Below, piece by piece: positions 31,619 to 42,297 of a stretch of 55,782 bases of DNA. The translations under genes and the position numbers were made by a program. Under the pieces are notes generated by a model. That model did not search any database and was not told where the DNA came from. It saw nothing but the letters and a program-made list of their open reading frames with translations. Numbering within the stretch: position 1 is the stretch's first letter; every line of letters starts with the position of its first letter. The DNA comes from a virus (taxonomy: Duplodnaviria; Caudoviricetes). The stretch spans positions 1 to 55,782 of IMG/VR virus record IMGVR_UViG_3300031788_000021; one strand, 5' to 3'.

Positions 31619-34600
31619 ATGAGCGCAGACAAGATTTTCCCCGCAGGCTCGGGCAAGGGTCAGGAGACGGACATGGACAAGCTCGCCCAGGGCATCAGGG
31701 CGGCCAAGGCCGCCACCTCCTCCTGGATCGACGACGTTCAGGATCGGATCGCCGAGACCGGTCGCCGCATCATCGCGGCCCGGGATCACGTGAAGATGGC
31801 CTCGGCCCCGCAGCGGACGAGCCCCCTCCCCAACAACCAGATGTACGCGGTCGACAGGATCGATCAGGGCAAAGGCGGGCCCCGGGACCTGAGTCAGATC
31901 GCGGCCCAGGACAAGGACCGCCAGGTCAACAACATCGTGGCCAGGGCCCGCGAACTCCTCCAGAAGAAGATCGCGGAGGTCCCGCTCAACGGCGCCGACG
32001 TCTACCTCACGAGGACGGACATCAGCCGCTGGGATGACCACACCGGAACCCCGCAGACCGGGAGGATCGCGTTCCAGATTCCGTTCAGCACCCCGAGCGG
32101 CGGCCCCAGGACGATCTACGCCAACGTCGACATCGTCCTCGGGGACCCGATGGAGCCCCGCTACTTCAGCGACGGCCTCAACCACCACTACGCCTTCGAC
32201 AAGTCGGGCCTGAGCGAGATGCTCCAGGGCTCGATGTTCGACGTCGTCCAGACCCCGCACGTGGTCCCCGAGCAGAAGTTCACGGGGCCGGAGTTCCACT
32301 CCCCCGACGGAATCCCCGGGCAGGTCGCTGCGGTCGACGGCCCCAGGATCGTGCGCGCGAACCGGGACATGACGCGGCAGGCGGGCGTCCCAGAGAAGCC
32401 CCGCTACGTCGCCGAGGGCATGGTCAGGGCCATCTCCAAGGAAGCGATGGAGATCGCGGCGCCGCTGAGCCCGAGTCAGGTCCAGGACATCAAGACCAAG
32501 CCCGCAGCGCCACCCCCGCGCCAGCCCTCCCACGCCCTCTCCAACTACCCGACCGGCGCCGAGTCCAACACCGGCTACCCCGAGGGAGATCAGGCCCCGG
32601 GCAAGTCCACGCTCGCCTCCCGCGTCGTGGTCTCGGTCTCAGGCATGAGCCAGGTCGTGGAAGACCTGAAGCTCATGGACATGCGCATGGTCAGCTTCCG
32701 GGACCTGATCCAGCTCCTGAAGCAGCACGGGAGCATGGCCTCCGTCGACTTCGAGGGAGCGGCCAAGACCTTGGCCAAGGACGGGATCGTCCTGTACCAG
32801 GCCGCGTCCAAGGCCGACGCCTCCCTGGGCCGCCGCGTAGCCCGCGCCCACGCGCAGCGGCTCGCCGCACCCGTGGCCGAGCCCCAGGAGAAGAGCGAAC
32901 TCCCGACCAAGCCCGAGCAGGAACCCGGGGCCAAGCCCCAGGATCAGGTCCCGCCCGAGCCCCCGGCTGAGCAGCCGCAGCAGCCGCAGGCCCCCCAGCA
33001 GCCCGCGCCGCAGGGCCAAGCCGAGATCGCGCCCCCCAACGGCATGGATACGGTCGAGTTCAAGGAGTGGAACCGGCTGATGGACGAGTGGCGCAACGAG
33101 AAGGCGACGATGAACGAGCGCGAGGAGAACAACGTCAAGAACGGGCTCTCCCCCGAGACCGGCATCGACTACACCAACCTCCAACTGATCATGGACAAGA
33201 TCAGGTCGATGCAGTCCTCGGTCCAGGGCCGCGCGACCCAGGACCTTCAGGAGGCTCCTGCGGACCTCGCCGCAGCCCCGAAGACCAAGCCCATGCCCGG
33301 CGCGGGCGGGGGACCGGCGCCGAAGGACATGGCCGGGGCCCCGGCGGAGCAGACCCTGATCCCGGAGAAGGGGCAGGGCCTGGCCGCCGATAAGCGCCCG
33401 ATCAGGACCGCCCTGGATCAGGCCCTGGACATGAAGGAGCAGGGCACGACCATCCTCGACGGGGTCGAGACCGTGGCCGCGAACACCGCGAACGTCGACG
33501 CCGCGACCGGGGGTGGGACTGCGTTGCCGAAGACGGCGGACATGGCGTCCCGTCCCCCATTGGGCGGCAAGGACTTCGACCTCACGGGCATGATCATGGC
33601 CTTCGAGAGCGGAGAACTCGACGACTCGGGCATTATCGAGTTGTTCCAGCACCTGGTCGACACCGGCATGGCCTGGAAGCTCCAGGGCTCCTATGGCCGC
33701 GCGGCACAGTCCCTGATCGAGCAGGGATTGATCCATGTGCCGGTTGAGAGCCAGCCCAATGCCTACGGAGACATCGTCCCCGGGACAGACACCGGTAAAA
33801 CATGCCAGCTCTGCAACGGGGCCCCTCTGAAGAGGACCCCCGGCGGTGACTGGGCTTGTCCGAAGTGCGAGAAGGACATGTTCATGAGTGGGGACGAGAT
33901 GAGGGCTGCGGTCAAGAGCGTTATGTCTAAGTTCGCCGTCTACGAGGTTGACGACGAGGCCAAGACCCAGATGTCGGCTATGGGCAAGGACCCGGCGAAC
34001 CCCCAGCATGTCAAGGAGTTCATGGACACGTACAAGAAGACGGCGGGCGTCCGCAGCCAGAAGTTCCCGGAGGTGTGCAAGAACTGCAAGCACCTCATGG
34101 TCCCCGTGGGCTACTCCGTGCTCAAAGAGTTCAAGCACGAGCGCCTGCCGATCTGCGGCGCGGCGCAGGCAGACGGCGTCGGCTTCCGCTGGGCCCACTT
34201 CCGGGACTGCGCTGGCTACGACCCGATCGCCAAGGACGTGGAGCAGAAGGTCGACGTCAACGCCCCGGAGTCGGAGCAGAAACCCGCCGATGAGAAGAAG
34301 GTGGTCAAGCCCATCAACGAGAGGCGCGCGGACGGCAAGCGCGTCGCGGTGGCACCCCCGGGCCTGGAGCACGTCGTCAAGGAACTGAAGAAGGACCCCA
34401 AGGTGGAGAACCCCTTCGCCGTCGCCTGGTCGATCAAGGACAAGCAGGAGGGCAAGCAACCGGAGAAGAAAGCGGCGGCCCTACCCTCCGCCGACCCCAA
34501 GTCCGTGAAGGAGAAGGTCAGCCCCACCGGCTACGGCCTGGACATCCGGGAGTGGTGCAAGTCCCACGGCCACTACGCCCCGGCGGGTGAGCACCACCCC

Positions 34601-34759
34601 ACGCACGACTGGTGCACGCTCTGGAACACGGCGGTGGAGAACCTGGTGATGCTGCCGAGCGGGGCCGTCGTCCCCAAGAGCATGGCGGGGATGTCCTCCG
34701 AGCCCCACGGCGAGGGCGGACCCCGGCAGTTCGGTCGGGACATGGATCAGAGCGGGTGA
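31619..34759 (+). CDS. large modular putative internal head protein
   Basis: AGGAG RBS before ATG 31619; many [KR]xA motifs; [16 protein letters not shown] domain; Zn ribbons. Confidence 0.85.
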   Translation: MSADKIFPAGSGKGQETDMDKLAQGIRAAKAATSSWIDDVQDRIAETGRRIIAARDHVKMASAPQRTSPLPNNQMYAVDRIDQGKGGPRDLSQIAAQDKDRQVNNIVARARELLQKKIAEVPLNGADVYLTRTDISRWDDHTGTPQTGRIAFQIPFSTPSGGPRTIYANVDIVLGDPMEPRYFSDGLNHHYAFDKSGLSEMLQGSMFDVVQTPHVVPEQKFTGPEFHSPDGIPGQVAAVDGPRIVRANRDMTRQAGVPEKPRYVAEGMVRAISKEAMEIAAPLSPSQVQDIKTKPAAPPPRQPSHALSNYPTGAESNTGYPEGDQAPGKSTLASRVVVSVSGMSQVVEDLKLMDMRMVSFRDLIQLLKQHGSMASVDFEGAAKTLAKDGIVLYQAASKADASLGRRVARAHAQRLAAPVAEPQEKSELPTKPEQEPGAKPQDQVPPEPPAEQPQQPQAPQQPAPQGQAEIAPPNGMDTVEFKEWNRLMDEWRNEKATMNEREENNVKNGLSPETGIDYTNLQLIMDKIRSMQSSVQGRATQDLQEAPADLAAAPKTKPMPGAGGGPAPKDMAGAPAEQTLIPEKGQGLAADKRPIRTALDQALDMKEQGTTILDGVETVAANTANVDAATGGGTALPKTADMASRPPLGGKDFDLTGMIMAFESGELDDSGIIELFQHLVDTGMAWKLQGSYGRAAQSLIEQGLIHVPVESQPNAYGDIVPGTDTGKTCQLCNGAPLKRTPGGDWACPKCEKDMFMSGDEMRAAVKSVMSKFAVYEVDDEAKTQMSAMGKDPANPQHVKEFMDTYKKTAGVRSQKFPEVCKNCKHLMVPVGYSVLKEFKHERLPICGAAQADGVGFRWAHFRDCAGYDPIAKDVEQKVDVNAPESEQKPADEKKVVKPINERRADGKRVAVAPPGLEHVVKELKKDPKVENPFAVAWSIKDKQEGKQPEKKAAALPSADPKSVKEKVSPTGYGLDIREWCKSHGHYAPAGEHHPTHDWCTLWNTAVENLVMLPSGAVVPKSMAGMSSEPHGEGGPRQFGRDMDQSG

Positions 34760-36177
34760 AGATGGACGAGAACTACCGGACGCGGATCAGCCACCAGCCC
34801 GACTGGCTCATAGACGGGCTGGTGAAGTCCGCCGTCTTCGCCGACGAGTCCAGGGACGAACCCATGTTCAAGACCGAGGTCTCCTGGAACCAGCTGAAGA
34901 CCCAGGTCCAGAGCCTCCTGGTCCGCAGCGGCCTCAACCTCACCAAGCGCGAAATCGGGGTCGCCACCTACTGGCTCACGGAGAGGATCGCGGGCTACGT
35001 AAGCGAGCAAGACACGAAGGAGACGTTGACTGAGACCATGCAGAACCTGGTCTCGCAGTACATCGTCGATAAGTCCCTCCAGCGCACCACCGGCGTGAGC
35101 GAGCGCGGTCCCATCCACACCCGGGAGTGGTATGACAAGAACTACGGCCAGGCTCCGGGCATGGACAAGGACGCGGCGGCGGACGACGACGATTCCGGGC
35201 CCGAACTCTCCGACGACTCCGAGCCCCAGGTCTTCGTCGGCATCGACGGCGACAACATCGGGAGCCTGGTCGAGGAGACGCTGCTCACCGACGACCCCGA
35301 GGCCGCATCCGCGATCTCGCGCTCGATCCACGACGCCCACGACGAGATCGGGGACGTGGTCAAGGAGCGCGGCGGTCGCCTGATCTTCGATGGCGGCGAC
35401 AACATGCTCTTCACCCTGCCCCTGGACATTGACACGATCGAGGGAATCCGTAGAATATATAGGGACAAGACGGGGCACAGCGCCACGGTTGGGATCGGCA
35501 AGCGGCCCATCGAGGCCCACTTCGCCCTGGTCGTGGGCAAGAACACGGGCAAGGACAAGATCGTTGTCTTCGGTCAGGAAGTGCTGGACGAGTACGAGGC
35601 CATCCACGAAGAGCAAGAGGAGGCGGCGCCCCTGTTCCAGAAGCTGAAGTACCGGGCCAGTGTCAGCGCCGGAGCCAGCGGGGTCGAGGGCGTGGTCGAC
35701 CGCGCGTTCTGGGACCTCGGCGTCGCCCGCGTCCTCCGCGCGGTCCTGGGCAAGCTCGGTCTCCCGGTCGACGACGAGTCCGTGTACGACACCTTCATAC
35801 GCCTGGTCCACGCCCACGGCCTGGACAGCGTCGTCTCCATCCACCGCTTCTTCACCATGGGCTTCGACGCCCTGGAGAACGCCGTCCGCACCGTGCGCGG
35901 CGGTCCCGAGCCCACGGTCACTGCCGGGGTCAAGTTCATGGCTCTGGCCGCCGTCCCGACCTCGGAGCCCCAGCACTTCCCGGGGCAGTCGGTGCCCCCC
36001 TTCGGCCAGACCCGGAAGTCGCCGCACCCGAGGAAGGACTGGCTCACTATCGAGGATTACAACAAGGACCAGGTCGACGTCTCGAAGACGGACGTGAGCT
36101 ACGTCGGCGGAAACGTGCCCAAGGACAGCCAGATGATGTGCGGCGGAGACCAGGGCGACCCGATATACGTTCCATAG
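34756..36177 (+). CDS. modular protein with an mCpol (minimal CRISPR polymerase, GGDEF-like) domain
   Basis: [11 protein letters not shown] ... [13 protein letters not shown] ... SATVGIG ... [14 protein letters not shown] at ~35230-35575; GTGA coupling. Confidence 0.8.
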   Translation: MKMDENYRTRISHQPDWLIDGLVKSAVFADESRDEPMFKTEVSWNQLKTQVQSLLVRSGLNLTKREIGVATYWLTERIAGYVSEQDTKETLTETMQNLVSQYIVDKSLQRTTGVSERGPIHTREWYDKNYGQAPGMDKDAAADDDDSGPELSDDSEPQVFVGIDGDNIGSLVEETLLTDDPEAASAISRSIHDAHDEIGDVVKERGGRLIFDGGDNMLFTLPLDIDTIEGIRRIYRDKTGHSATVGIGKRPIEAHFALVVGKNTGKDKIVVFGQEVLDEYEAIHEEQEEAAPLFQKLKYRASVSAGASGVEGVVDRAFWDLGVARVLRAVLGKLGLPVDDESVYDTFIRLVHAHGLDSVVSIHRFFTMGFDALENAVRTVRGGPEPTVTAGVKFMALAAVPTSEPQHFPGQSVPPFGQTRKSPHPRKDWLTIEDYNKDQVDVSKTDVSYVGGNVPKDSQMMCGGDQGDPIYVP

Positions 36178-36191
36178 AGAGGAGAACCAAG

Positions 36192-38831
36192 ATGATCACC
36201 CCCTACCAAAACCCCGAAGGCCGCGACGACAAGGCCAGCAGCTTCTGGCACACCCTCGCCAACAAGCTGGGGCTCCGGGCTCCGAACCTCAAGCAGGCCT
36301 CCGCCGACGACCTCCGGGTCCAGCGCCTCTCCGACGGTATCCAGACTCAGGGCAGGGCCCCGATCCGGCAGGGCATGGTCAAGGTCGCGGGACTGACCAA
36401 GGTCTCGGCGCCGCAGCACCTGGCCGAGTCCGTGTTCGACCGCATCATCGACATGCACCGCCGCGCCGAGGCCCAGCTGAGCCAGGCCGAGCGCGTCAAG
36501 GCCGTGGACTTCCTCAGCCGGATCGCGGACCAGGCCGAGGGCGTCAAGGGCTCGGTCGGCGCCTGCGGAGGCGACCAGAAGGTCGCGGACCTCTGCGGCG
36601 AGATCACGGCCAAGGCCGACGCCGTGATCGGTGCCGTGACGCAGCTGAGGGATAAGGCCTCGGACATGTCCGTGGCCCAGGCCGAGGCCATCTCCAACGC
36701 CTTCCTCCTGATCAACGACGCCGCCAACTACCTCGGGAAGAAGGGGGCGGTCGAGCCCGCCTCGTCCCCGACCATGCCCGAGATCGAACTCATGGACGGC
36801 GGCCTCCCGGAGATGCCGCCCTCGGAGGAGACCCCGAGCCCGGCGTCGGCGATCGCGGGGCACATCCCGGCCATGGTCCGCAAGGCCATGGACGAGGCCT
36901 ACGACGACATGCGCTGCGTCCACACGAAGATGCTCCTGATCGAGTCCATGCTCAACGAGATCATCGCCGACCTCAACGTCAACACGATGATGACCCCGGG
37001 GATGCCCGGGGACGGGATGCCCCCGACCACGGAGCTTCCGGGTCCGGACACCCCCGAGGCCATGCGCGAGGAGTCGGAGGAGCAGGCGGCGGCGAAGGGC
37101 GCCGAGGCCGGTCTGGAGGGAGTGGTAGTGGTGGCCAGAACCGATGTCCACCCTATCGAGGAAATGAACGAAGAGTACCATGGTCAGCAAGACGTCTCGG
37201 ACCACAGAAGTCCGCCGTGGGAGAGGAAGCGGAGAAAGAATCTCCAGGAGACCAAGAAGACCGCCGCCTCCGGCGACCCCGGCGACTCCGAGCCCGGCAA
37301 CTCGATCTACAAGGACATCAACAAGTGCCGGGACTGCGTCTGGTTCGAGTCCGACGTCACGCACGAGACCTACCGCGACAAGTGCAGGGGCTGCGAGCAC
37401 GCCAAGCTCGGCGGCATCGCCAACCACTGGTGGCCCAAGGCCCAGCAGATGGTGATCTGGGCGCCCCAGTACGAGGGCGAGTCCGAGCACGTCCGGCTCT
37501 CGGTCAGAGACACGCTGACCCTGCGCCAGGCCCAGCCGGACCAAGCGCAGTCAGTCGCGAGGGAGATCGTGGCCGCCGCCGACCACCACGCGGTGGACCT
37601 CGGCGAGGTCATGGTCGACACGTTCCGCAACCCGCTGATCGCCAGCCAGATGGGGACGCTGGCGCGCGGGATCGTCGCCGAGGTCGCGAGCCTGACCGGC
37701 GTGACCATGGCCCGGGACGCCAAGGACGGCAACCTGATCATCGCGTATCCCGTGATCGAGCAGGAGGCCAAGGGCGAGAAGGCGAGGATCAGGGAACTCC
37801 GGACCCAACTCGAAGGCGAGAAGGACCCGGTGAAGATCAAGCAACTCCACGACGCGATCGAGGCCCTGCACGACCGGATCAGCAAGGACAAGGAGCGCAA
37901 GGAGCAGCGGCGCAAGGACCGGGCGGAGCGGAAGGAGAAGCAGCAGGCGGAGTTCGACAAGCAGCACGCGAACATCCCGGCGAAGACCGCATCGAAGTGG
38001 AAGGAGCGTGGGAACTGCTCTCATTGCGGGCATCCCATGTCTATGCACGGGGATACCACTTCGGCGTGCATGGACTGCGTCGAGTCCGGTGGTCCGTGCG
38101 CCAATGGGATTCCAAGTGGTTCCGAGGCGGCGGCGTCCCTGACCGGCAGCCTCTGCCTCGCCGACGCCCTCCAGTGGCCGTCGGACAGCCCCGAGCTGGG
38201 GGCTGGCGAGGCGTTCTCGGTCTGCCATAAGTGCGGCCAGGAGCACGCCCTGGACACCCCTTGCACTCCCGAGACCCCGGAGGAGCGCGTCAAGCGCATC
38301 GTCGGCCCCGGGCCGGGGAAGCAGGTGGCGACCATGGACGTGCCCCCCGGAGGGGCGGACGTCGCGGTCACCAGCGTCAACGGGATGCCCCAGGCGAGCG
38401 CTGGCGTCATCGGAACCCTCACCTCCAGGGGGTCGCTTCGTCTAGGGGAGATCGAGCAAGAGGCGTCTCCGGCCTGGGTCAAGGTCATCGCCATTATCGC
38501 CAATATGATGGGGACCAATTGCCAGGAAGTGGTTAATAATCCTGATCAGGGGAAGCAGGCTTACGAGTGGGTCGATCAGCATCGGGAAGCCGTGGACAAG
38601 ATCAGGCAGGAGCTGCTGGATGACCCCGATATCAGCCCCCAGGAAATAGACACGGACATGGTCGCCGCCTTCAAGTATTTAAAGGGCAAGGATAGGCCCC
38701 AGGACAAGCACCATCCCGCGAAGACATCCCCGGTGAAAGCCCCGACTCAGAAGGTGCAGGCGCCAGCGCCAACGCAGCCGCAGACTCAGGTTAGTGTCGC
38801 TGGAACCCTCACCTCCAGGGGGTCGCTTTGA
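36192..38831 (+). CDS. large modular putative internal head protein (zero-frame product, 879 aa)
   Basis: GAGGAG RBS; KTAAS/KTAS/RQA motifs; Cys clusters; ends at CTT-TGA-C. Confidence 0.85.
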   Translation: MITPYQNPEGRDDKASSFWHTLANKLGLRAPNLKQASADDLRVQRLSDGIQTQGRAPIRQGMVKVAGLTKVSAPQHLAESVFDRIIDMHRRAEAQLSQAERVKAVDFLSRIADQAEGVKGSVGACGGDQKVADLCGEITAKADAVIGAVTQLRDKASDMSVAQAEAISNAFLLINDAANYLGKKGAVEPASSPTMPEIELMDGGLPEMPPSEETPSPASAIAGHIPAMVRKAMDEAYDDMRCVHTKMLLIESMLNEIIADLNVNTMMTPGMPGDGMPPTTELPGPDTPEAMREESEEQAAAKGAEAGLEGVVVVARTDVHPIEEMNEEYHGQQDVSDHRSPPWERKRRKNLQETKKTAASGDPGDSEPGNSIYKDINKCRDCVWFESDVTHETYRDKCRGCEHAKLGGIANHWWPKAQQMVIWAPQYEGESEHVRLSVRDTLTLRQAQPDQAQSVAREIVAAADHHAVDLGEVMVDTFRNPLIASQMGTLARGIVAEVASLTGVTMARDAKDGNLIIAYPVIEQEAKGEKARIRELRTQLEGEKDPVKIKQLHDAIEALHDRISKDKERKEQRRKDRAERKEKQQAEFDKQHANIPAKTASKWKERGNCSHCGHPMSMHGDTTSACMDCVESGGPCANGIPSGSEAAASLTGSLCLADALQWPSDSPELGAGEAFSVCHKCGQEHALDTPCTPETPEERVKRIVGPGPGKQVATMDVPPGGADVAVTSVNGMPQASAGVIGTLTSRGSLRLGEIEQEASPAWVKVIAIIANMMGTNCQEVVNNPDQGKQAYEWVDQHREAVDKIRQELLDDPDISPQEIDTDMVAAFKYLKGKDRPQDKHHPAKTSPVKAPTQKVQAPAPTQPQTQVSVAGTLTSRGSL

Positions 38832-38832
38832 C
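38817..38832 (+). promoter_or_regulatory. prfB(RF2)-type +1 ribosomal frameshift cassette
   Basis: AGGGGG-TCG-CTT-TGA-C, in frame with the upstream ORF; the +1 frame stays open to 39246. Confidence 0.65.
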
Positions 38833-39246
38833 CACGTCGCCGATGTCCGGGGCCCGGACAGCGGCATCGGCGGCCAGGGTCCGGAGAACCTCAACCTCGT
38901 CGAGGTCGACCAGCCTCTTGATCAGAAAAATCCTGGCCCTAAACTCCGCCCTCGTCAGCGCGTGCGCTTCCGCCCTCCGCAGGGCCTCGAAGGTCAAGAG
39001 CCCGAGTTCTTCGAGGGCCCGGCGGGCTACCGCAACGTCGAGAAGGGGTACGGGACCGAGAATCAGCCGGACACCGGTTCCCCGTCCTCGATCATGCTCG
39101 CGACCTGGAAGAGACGTCGAACGCTGGTAGAGGAGACGATGCCTAACGCGGTGAAGGAGGGGGACCCCCAGGAAGAGGGACAGACCACGACGGGGAACCC
39201 CGGAGACGCGATACAGCAGAGTTTTTACGACATGCAGGCGAGGTAA
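38830..39246 (+). CDS. +1-frame C-terminal extension of the 36192 ORF (138 aa)
   Basis: coding-like codon usage, no convincing start or RBS of its own, fills the gap to the portal gene. Confidence 0.65.
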   Translation, partial: DHVADVRGPDSGIGGQGPENLNLVEVDQPLDQKNPGPKLRPRQRVRFRPPQGLEGQEPEFFEGPAGYRNVEKGYGTENQPDTGSPSSIMLATWKRRRTLVEETMPNAVKEGDPQEEGQTTTGNPGDAIQQSFYDMQAR

Positions 39247-39255
39247 AATATCTCT

Positions 39256-42200
39256 ATGGCTGACGCCAACGACAAGACCGCGAGCGTGCCCGCCCCTGAA
39301 GGGTCGGGTCTCGTCACGTCCAACTTGGACGCCGAGTTCAAGATGATCAAGAACGCGGTGAGCCCGGGGCTGACCGGCAGCGCCCTCGTGGACATTCCCC
39401 GCGCGCGCATGAAGAAGATGGCGTCGCAGTTCGGGAACATGAGGCCGGGGCTGCACCGGCAGGCGCCGTCGTTCTACCACCCTCTGTTCGAGGCGCTGAA
39501 CCTACAGCTTCCGACGAAATCCTTCTATCCCGGGACGCTGATCACCATGGCGGACGGGACACAGAAGATTATCGAGAATTTCATGCCCGGTGACGAGGTT
39601 GTTTCTCACGACGGGTCGATAGAGGTCGTGGAGTTCACCGAGCACCATCCTGCGACCGGATCATCCGTCGAGATCAAGGCCCAGGGCATGGACCTGCCTC
39701 TGCGCGTGACCTCTGGGCACAAGGTCCTGGCTCTGCGTGCCGAGGACGTGGGGTGCGATAAGGAAGATAAGCCCGGGTTCTGCATTTTCGGGAAGAATAC
39801 CCACTGCGAGCGGTACACGAATGGGCCCAGGGGCAGCGTGGATCGCTGCAAGTCGAGGAGGAACGAAATCCCTGCCCCTCGACCGATCGAGGCATTCAAG
39901 CTCAGGAAGGGCGACTACGTGTTCGTCCCGATCGTGGGCGGCGTGGAGAAAATGAGTCCGTACAGGGAAGAGCGCTATAACCCGGCGACGAACTCGTTCA
40001 TCCACGTCAGGGACGTCGAGGTGGACGAGAAGATGATGAGGCTCTTGGGCTACTACGCCTCGGAGGGCTCCGTAGGCAAGCGCGCTGACGGGGAAATCCA
40101 CTCGACCACTTTCAGCCTGAATATAAATGAGAAGGACACCCTGGCAGCCGAGATCGTGGCCTTGATCAAGGATGTGTTCGGGAAGAAGGCTTGGAGTAAC
40201 CCGGGGCAGAACAATACCTACATTGTGGTGGTCAACGGCAAGAAGATAGGGAAGTGGTTCATCCGCCACTGTGGCAAACTGGCCAAGGAGAAGGTCCTGT
40301 CCCGGGAAGTTATGTTCGCGGACCCCGGTCTCCAAGTTCACTTCCTGGCTGCGTACGCCAACGGAGACGGGTCCCAGATTACCGGGGGCTCCAGCGCGGG
40401 TAAGGTCGTGATCACCACCGCGTCGGAGAACATGGCCAACCAGCTTGCTATCCTGGCTAGGCGTTGCGGCATGGCCCCGACCAAGCGCTACGAGTACAGG
40501 AAGGACGGGTTCTCGGGCGAGGGACACCCGACGTGGAATTGGCAGGTCGGAATCGCCAATGGCTTCGTGGCCCCTTTCGTGGGGATAAGCAAATTCGTCC
40601 AGCACAGAAAATCATTTTTCATGAACAAGATGGTGATCCATAAGAAGTGGATCGCGCATAAGATCATCTCTGTCAAGGAAATCGATTATCGAGGAGAGGT
40701 CTGGAATATCGGAGTCCGGAAGCCGGTCAGAATCCTCGTTCCGTACAAGGAAAAACACCTTTTGCTCCATGGTCGCTTCGTCGGAGGGAAGCCGTTTGAG
40801 CACCATATCGAAATCACTGGGGTGAGCACGGCGGGCAATCATACAGTGATCGCCAATGGGTATGCTTGCTGTCAAAGCCGCGAAATCAATCAGTGGGCGC
40901 GCCATTTCATGAAAACAGATGGTTACGTTGGGACCACTATTTCTATGCACGCCGACCTCCCGATGACCGGAGCCCACCTGGTCTGCGACGACGAGAAGGT
41001 GAAACTCTTCTTCGAGATTCTGTTCTTCGACGTGATCAAGGGCCTCAACCTTATCGGCGACATTAGTTTGGAATACTGGAAATTAGGAAATGTTTTTCCG
41101 TTTGGCGAGTGGGACGACGACCGTGGCATCTGGACGGGCTTCAACCTGCTGAACCCCGACTTCGTCGAGGTCGAGAAGGCCAGCCTCGTCGGTGAGCCGA
41201 TCCTCAAGCTGGACCCGGACGACAACCTCAAGCGGATCGTCGCCAGCCGCCAGCCCAAGGAACTGTACGAGGCGTTGGCCAAGATCGAGAACGGGCAGTT
41301 GGTCAACCTCGTGGCCCGTGGCGAGAAGATTCCGCTCAACAAGTTCCGCGTCAGCCACCTCGCGTACAAGATGAGCCCGTACGAGAGCGTGGGCACCCCG
41401 ATCATGTTCCGCGCCTTCAAGCCCCTGATCTTCAAGGACTTGGTCCGCCGGGTCCAGCAGGCGGTGTACGAGCGCCACATCACCCCGATCAAGCTCGTGA
41501 AGGTCGGCACCGACACCATGCCCGCGAACCCGCAGGCCGTGACTCAGGTGCGCGAGGCCTTCGACGAATTGAGCCAGGACCTGAGCGCCTGGTTCGTCTA
41601 CCACCACGCGATCTCGGTCGAGTACGTGTCCAGCGCCGGGAAGATTCACCCCTTCGACCAGGAGTCGAAGTGGATCAGGGAAGAGATCATGGCCGCTCTC
41701 ATGGGCTCCGAGGCCATGATCGGCGGCACCGGCCCGAACTTCGCCGCTGGTTCGATCGGCCTCCAGGTCCTGATCAACCGGTACATGCGGGTCCAAGAGA
41801 TGCTGGCGCGCTGGATCAAGGATACGATCTTCCGGCCCGTGGCCATAGCCCAGGACTTCCGGCGCCGCAACGAACTCGGGGAGGACGAGTACATCGTCCC
41901 CGACATCGAGTTCGAGTTCATGAAGCTCAAGGACGACGTCCAGATGAAGGGTCTGATGAAGGAGATGGCCAAGACCGGCCTGATCTCGAAGCAAACCTTC
42001 TACACGTACTTGGGCCTGGACTACCGCAAGGAGAAGCGCCAGATCGAGCGGGAGCGGGCCGAGGAGAAGAAGGCCGCGATGCAGGGGATGAAGCCCGGAG
42101 GCAAGCCCGGGGCGGGCGGCGCCGGGGCCCCTCCGCCCATGGGCGGTGGTGGCGGCGGGGACAGCGGCGGCGGTGAGGGACCGGTCCCCGGCGAGGGCGA

Positions 42201-42297
42201 GACTGCGGCCACGGTCCCGACCCCGGGCACGCCCATGCCTGCGGCGGAGACCATACCTGGCGCGGGCGCCGGTCAGGGACTCCCGGAGGCGGCATGA
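39256..42297 (+). CDS. portal protein (intein-containing)
   Basis: spliced sequence LPTK|SREINQWARHF ... EYWKLGNVFPF ... LLNPDFVEV ... GTPIMFRAF; Gly/Pro tail; position before gpF, protease and capsid. Confidence 0.85.
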   Translation: MADANDKTASVPAPEGSGLVTSNLDAEFKMIKNAVSPGLTGSALVDIPRARMKKMASQFGNMRPGLHRQAPSFYHPLFEALNLQLPTKSFYPGTLITMADGTQKIIENFMPGDEVVSHDGSIEVVEFTEHHPATGSSVEIKAQGMDLPLRVTSGHKVLALRAEDVGCDKEDKPGFCIFGKNTHCERYTNGPRGSVDRCKSRRNEIPAPRPIEAFKLRKGDYVFVPIVGGVEKMSPYREERYNPATNSFIHVRDVEVDEKMMRLLGYYASEGSVGKRADGEIHSTTFSLNINEKDTLAAEIVALIKDVFGKKAWSNPGQNNTYIVVVNGKKIGKWFIRHCGKLAKEKVLSREVMFADPGLQVHFLAAYANGDGSQITGGSSAGKVVITTASENMANQLAILARRCGMAPTKRYEYRKDGFSGEGHPTWNWQVGIANGFVAPFVGISKFVQHRKSFFMNKMVIHKKWIAHKIISVKEIDYRGEVWNIGVRKPVRILVPYKEKHLLLHGRFVGGKPFEHHIEITGVSTAGNHTVIANGYACCQSREINQWARHFMKTDGYVGTTISMHADLPMTGAHLVCDDEKVKLFFEILFFDVIKGLNLIGDISLEYWKLGNVFPFGEWDDDRGIWTGFNLLNPDFVEVEKASLVGEPILKLDPDDNLKRIVASRQPKELYEALAKIENGQLVNLVARGEKIPLNKFRVSHLAYKMSPYESVGTPIMFRAFKPLIFKDLVRRVQQAVYERHITPIKLVKVGTDTMPANPQAVTQVREAFDELSQDLSAWFVYHHAISVEYVSSAGKIHPFDQESKWIREEIMAALMGSEAMIGGTGPNFAAGSIGLQVLINRYMRVQEMLARWIKDTIFRPVAIAQDFRRRNELGEDEYIVPDIEFEFMKLKDDVQMKGLMKEMAKTGLISKQTFYTYLGLDYRKEKRQIERERAEEKKAAMQGMKPGGKPGAGGAGAPPPMGGGGGGDSGGGEGPVPGEGETAATVPTPGTPMPAAETIPGAGAGQGLPEAA
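39520..40875 (+). mobile_element. intein with LAGLIDADG endonuclease (452 aa; Ser1, C-terminal Cys-Gln, Ser+1)
   Basis: SFYPGTLITMADG (block A), VTSGHK (block B), LLGYYASEG and FLAAYANGDG (endonuclease), YRGEVWNIGV (block F), HTVIANGYACCQ|S. Confidence 0.88.

Noticed and set aside
35230-35575. Canonical diguanylate cyclase or Cas10
   Set aside because: The motif is GGDN with DGDxxG in a short domain, and there are no HD or other Cas10 domains. mCpol fits better.
38794-38829. Independent GTG start for ORF 38794-39246
   Set aside because: There is no RBS, and the first codons are an out-of-frame reading of the duplicated GTLTSRGSL segment.
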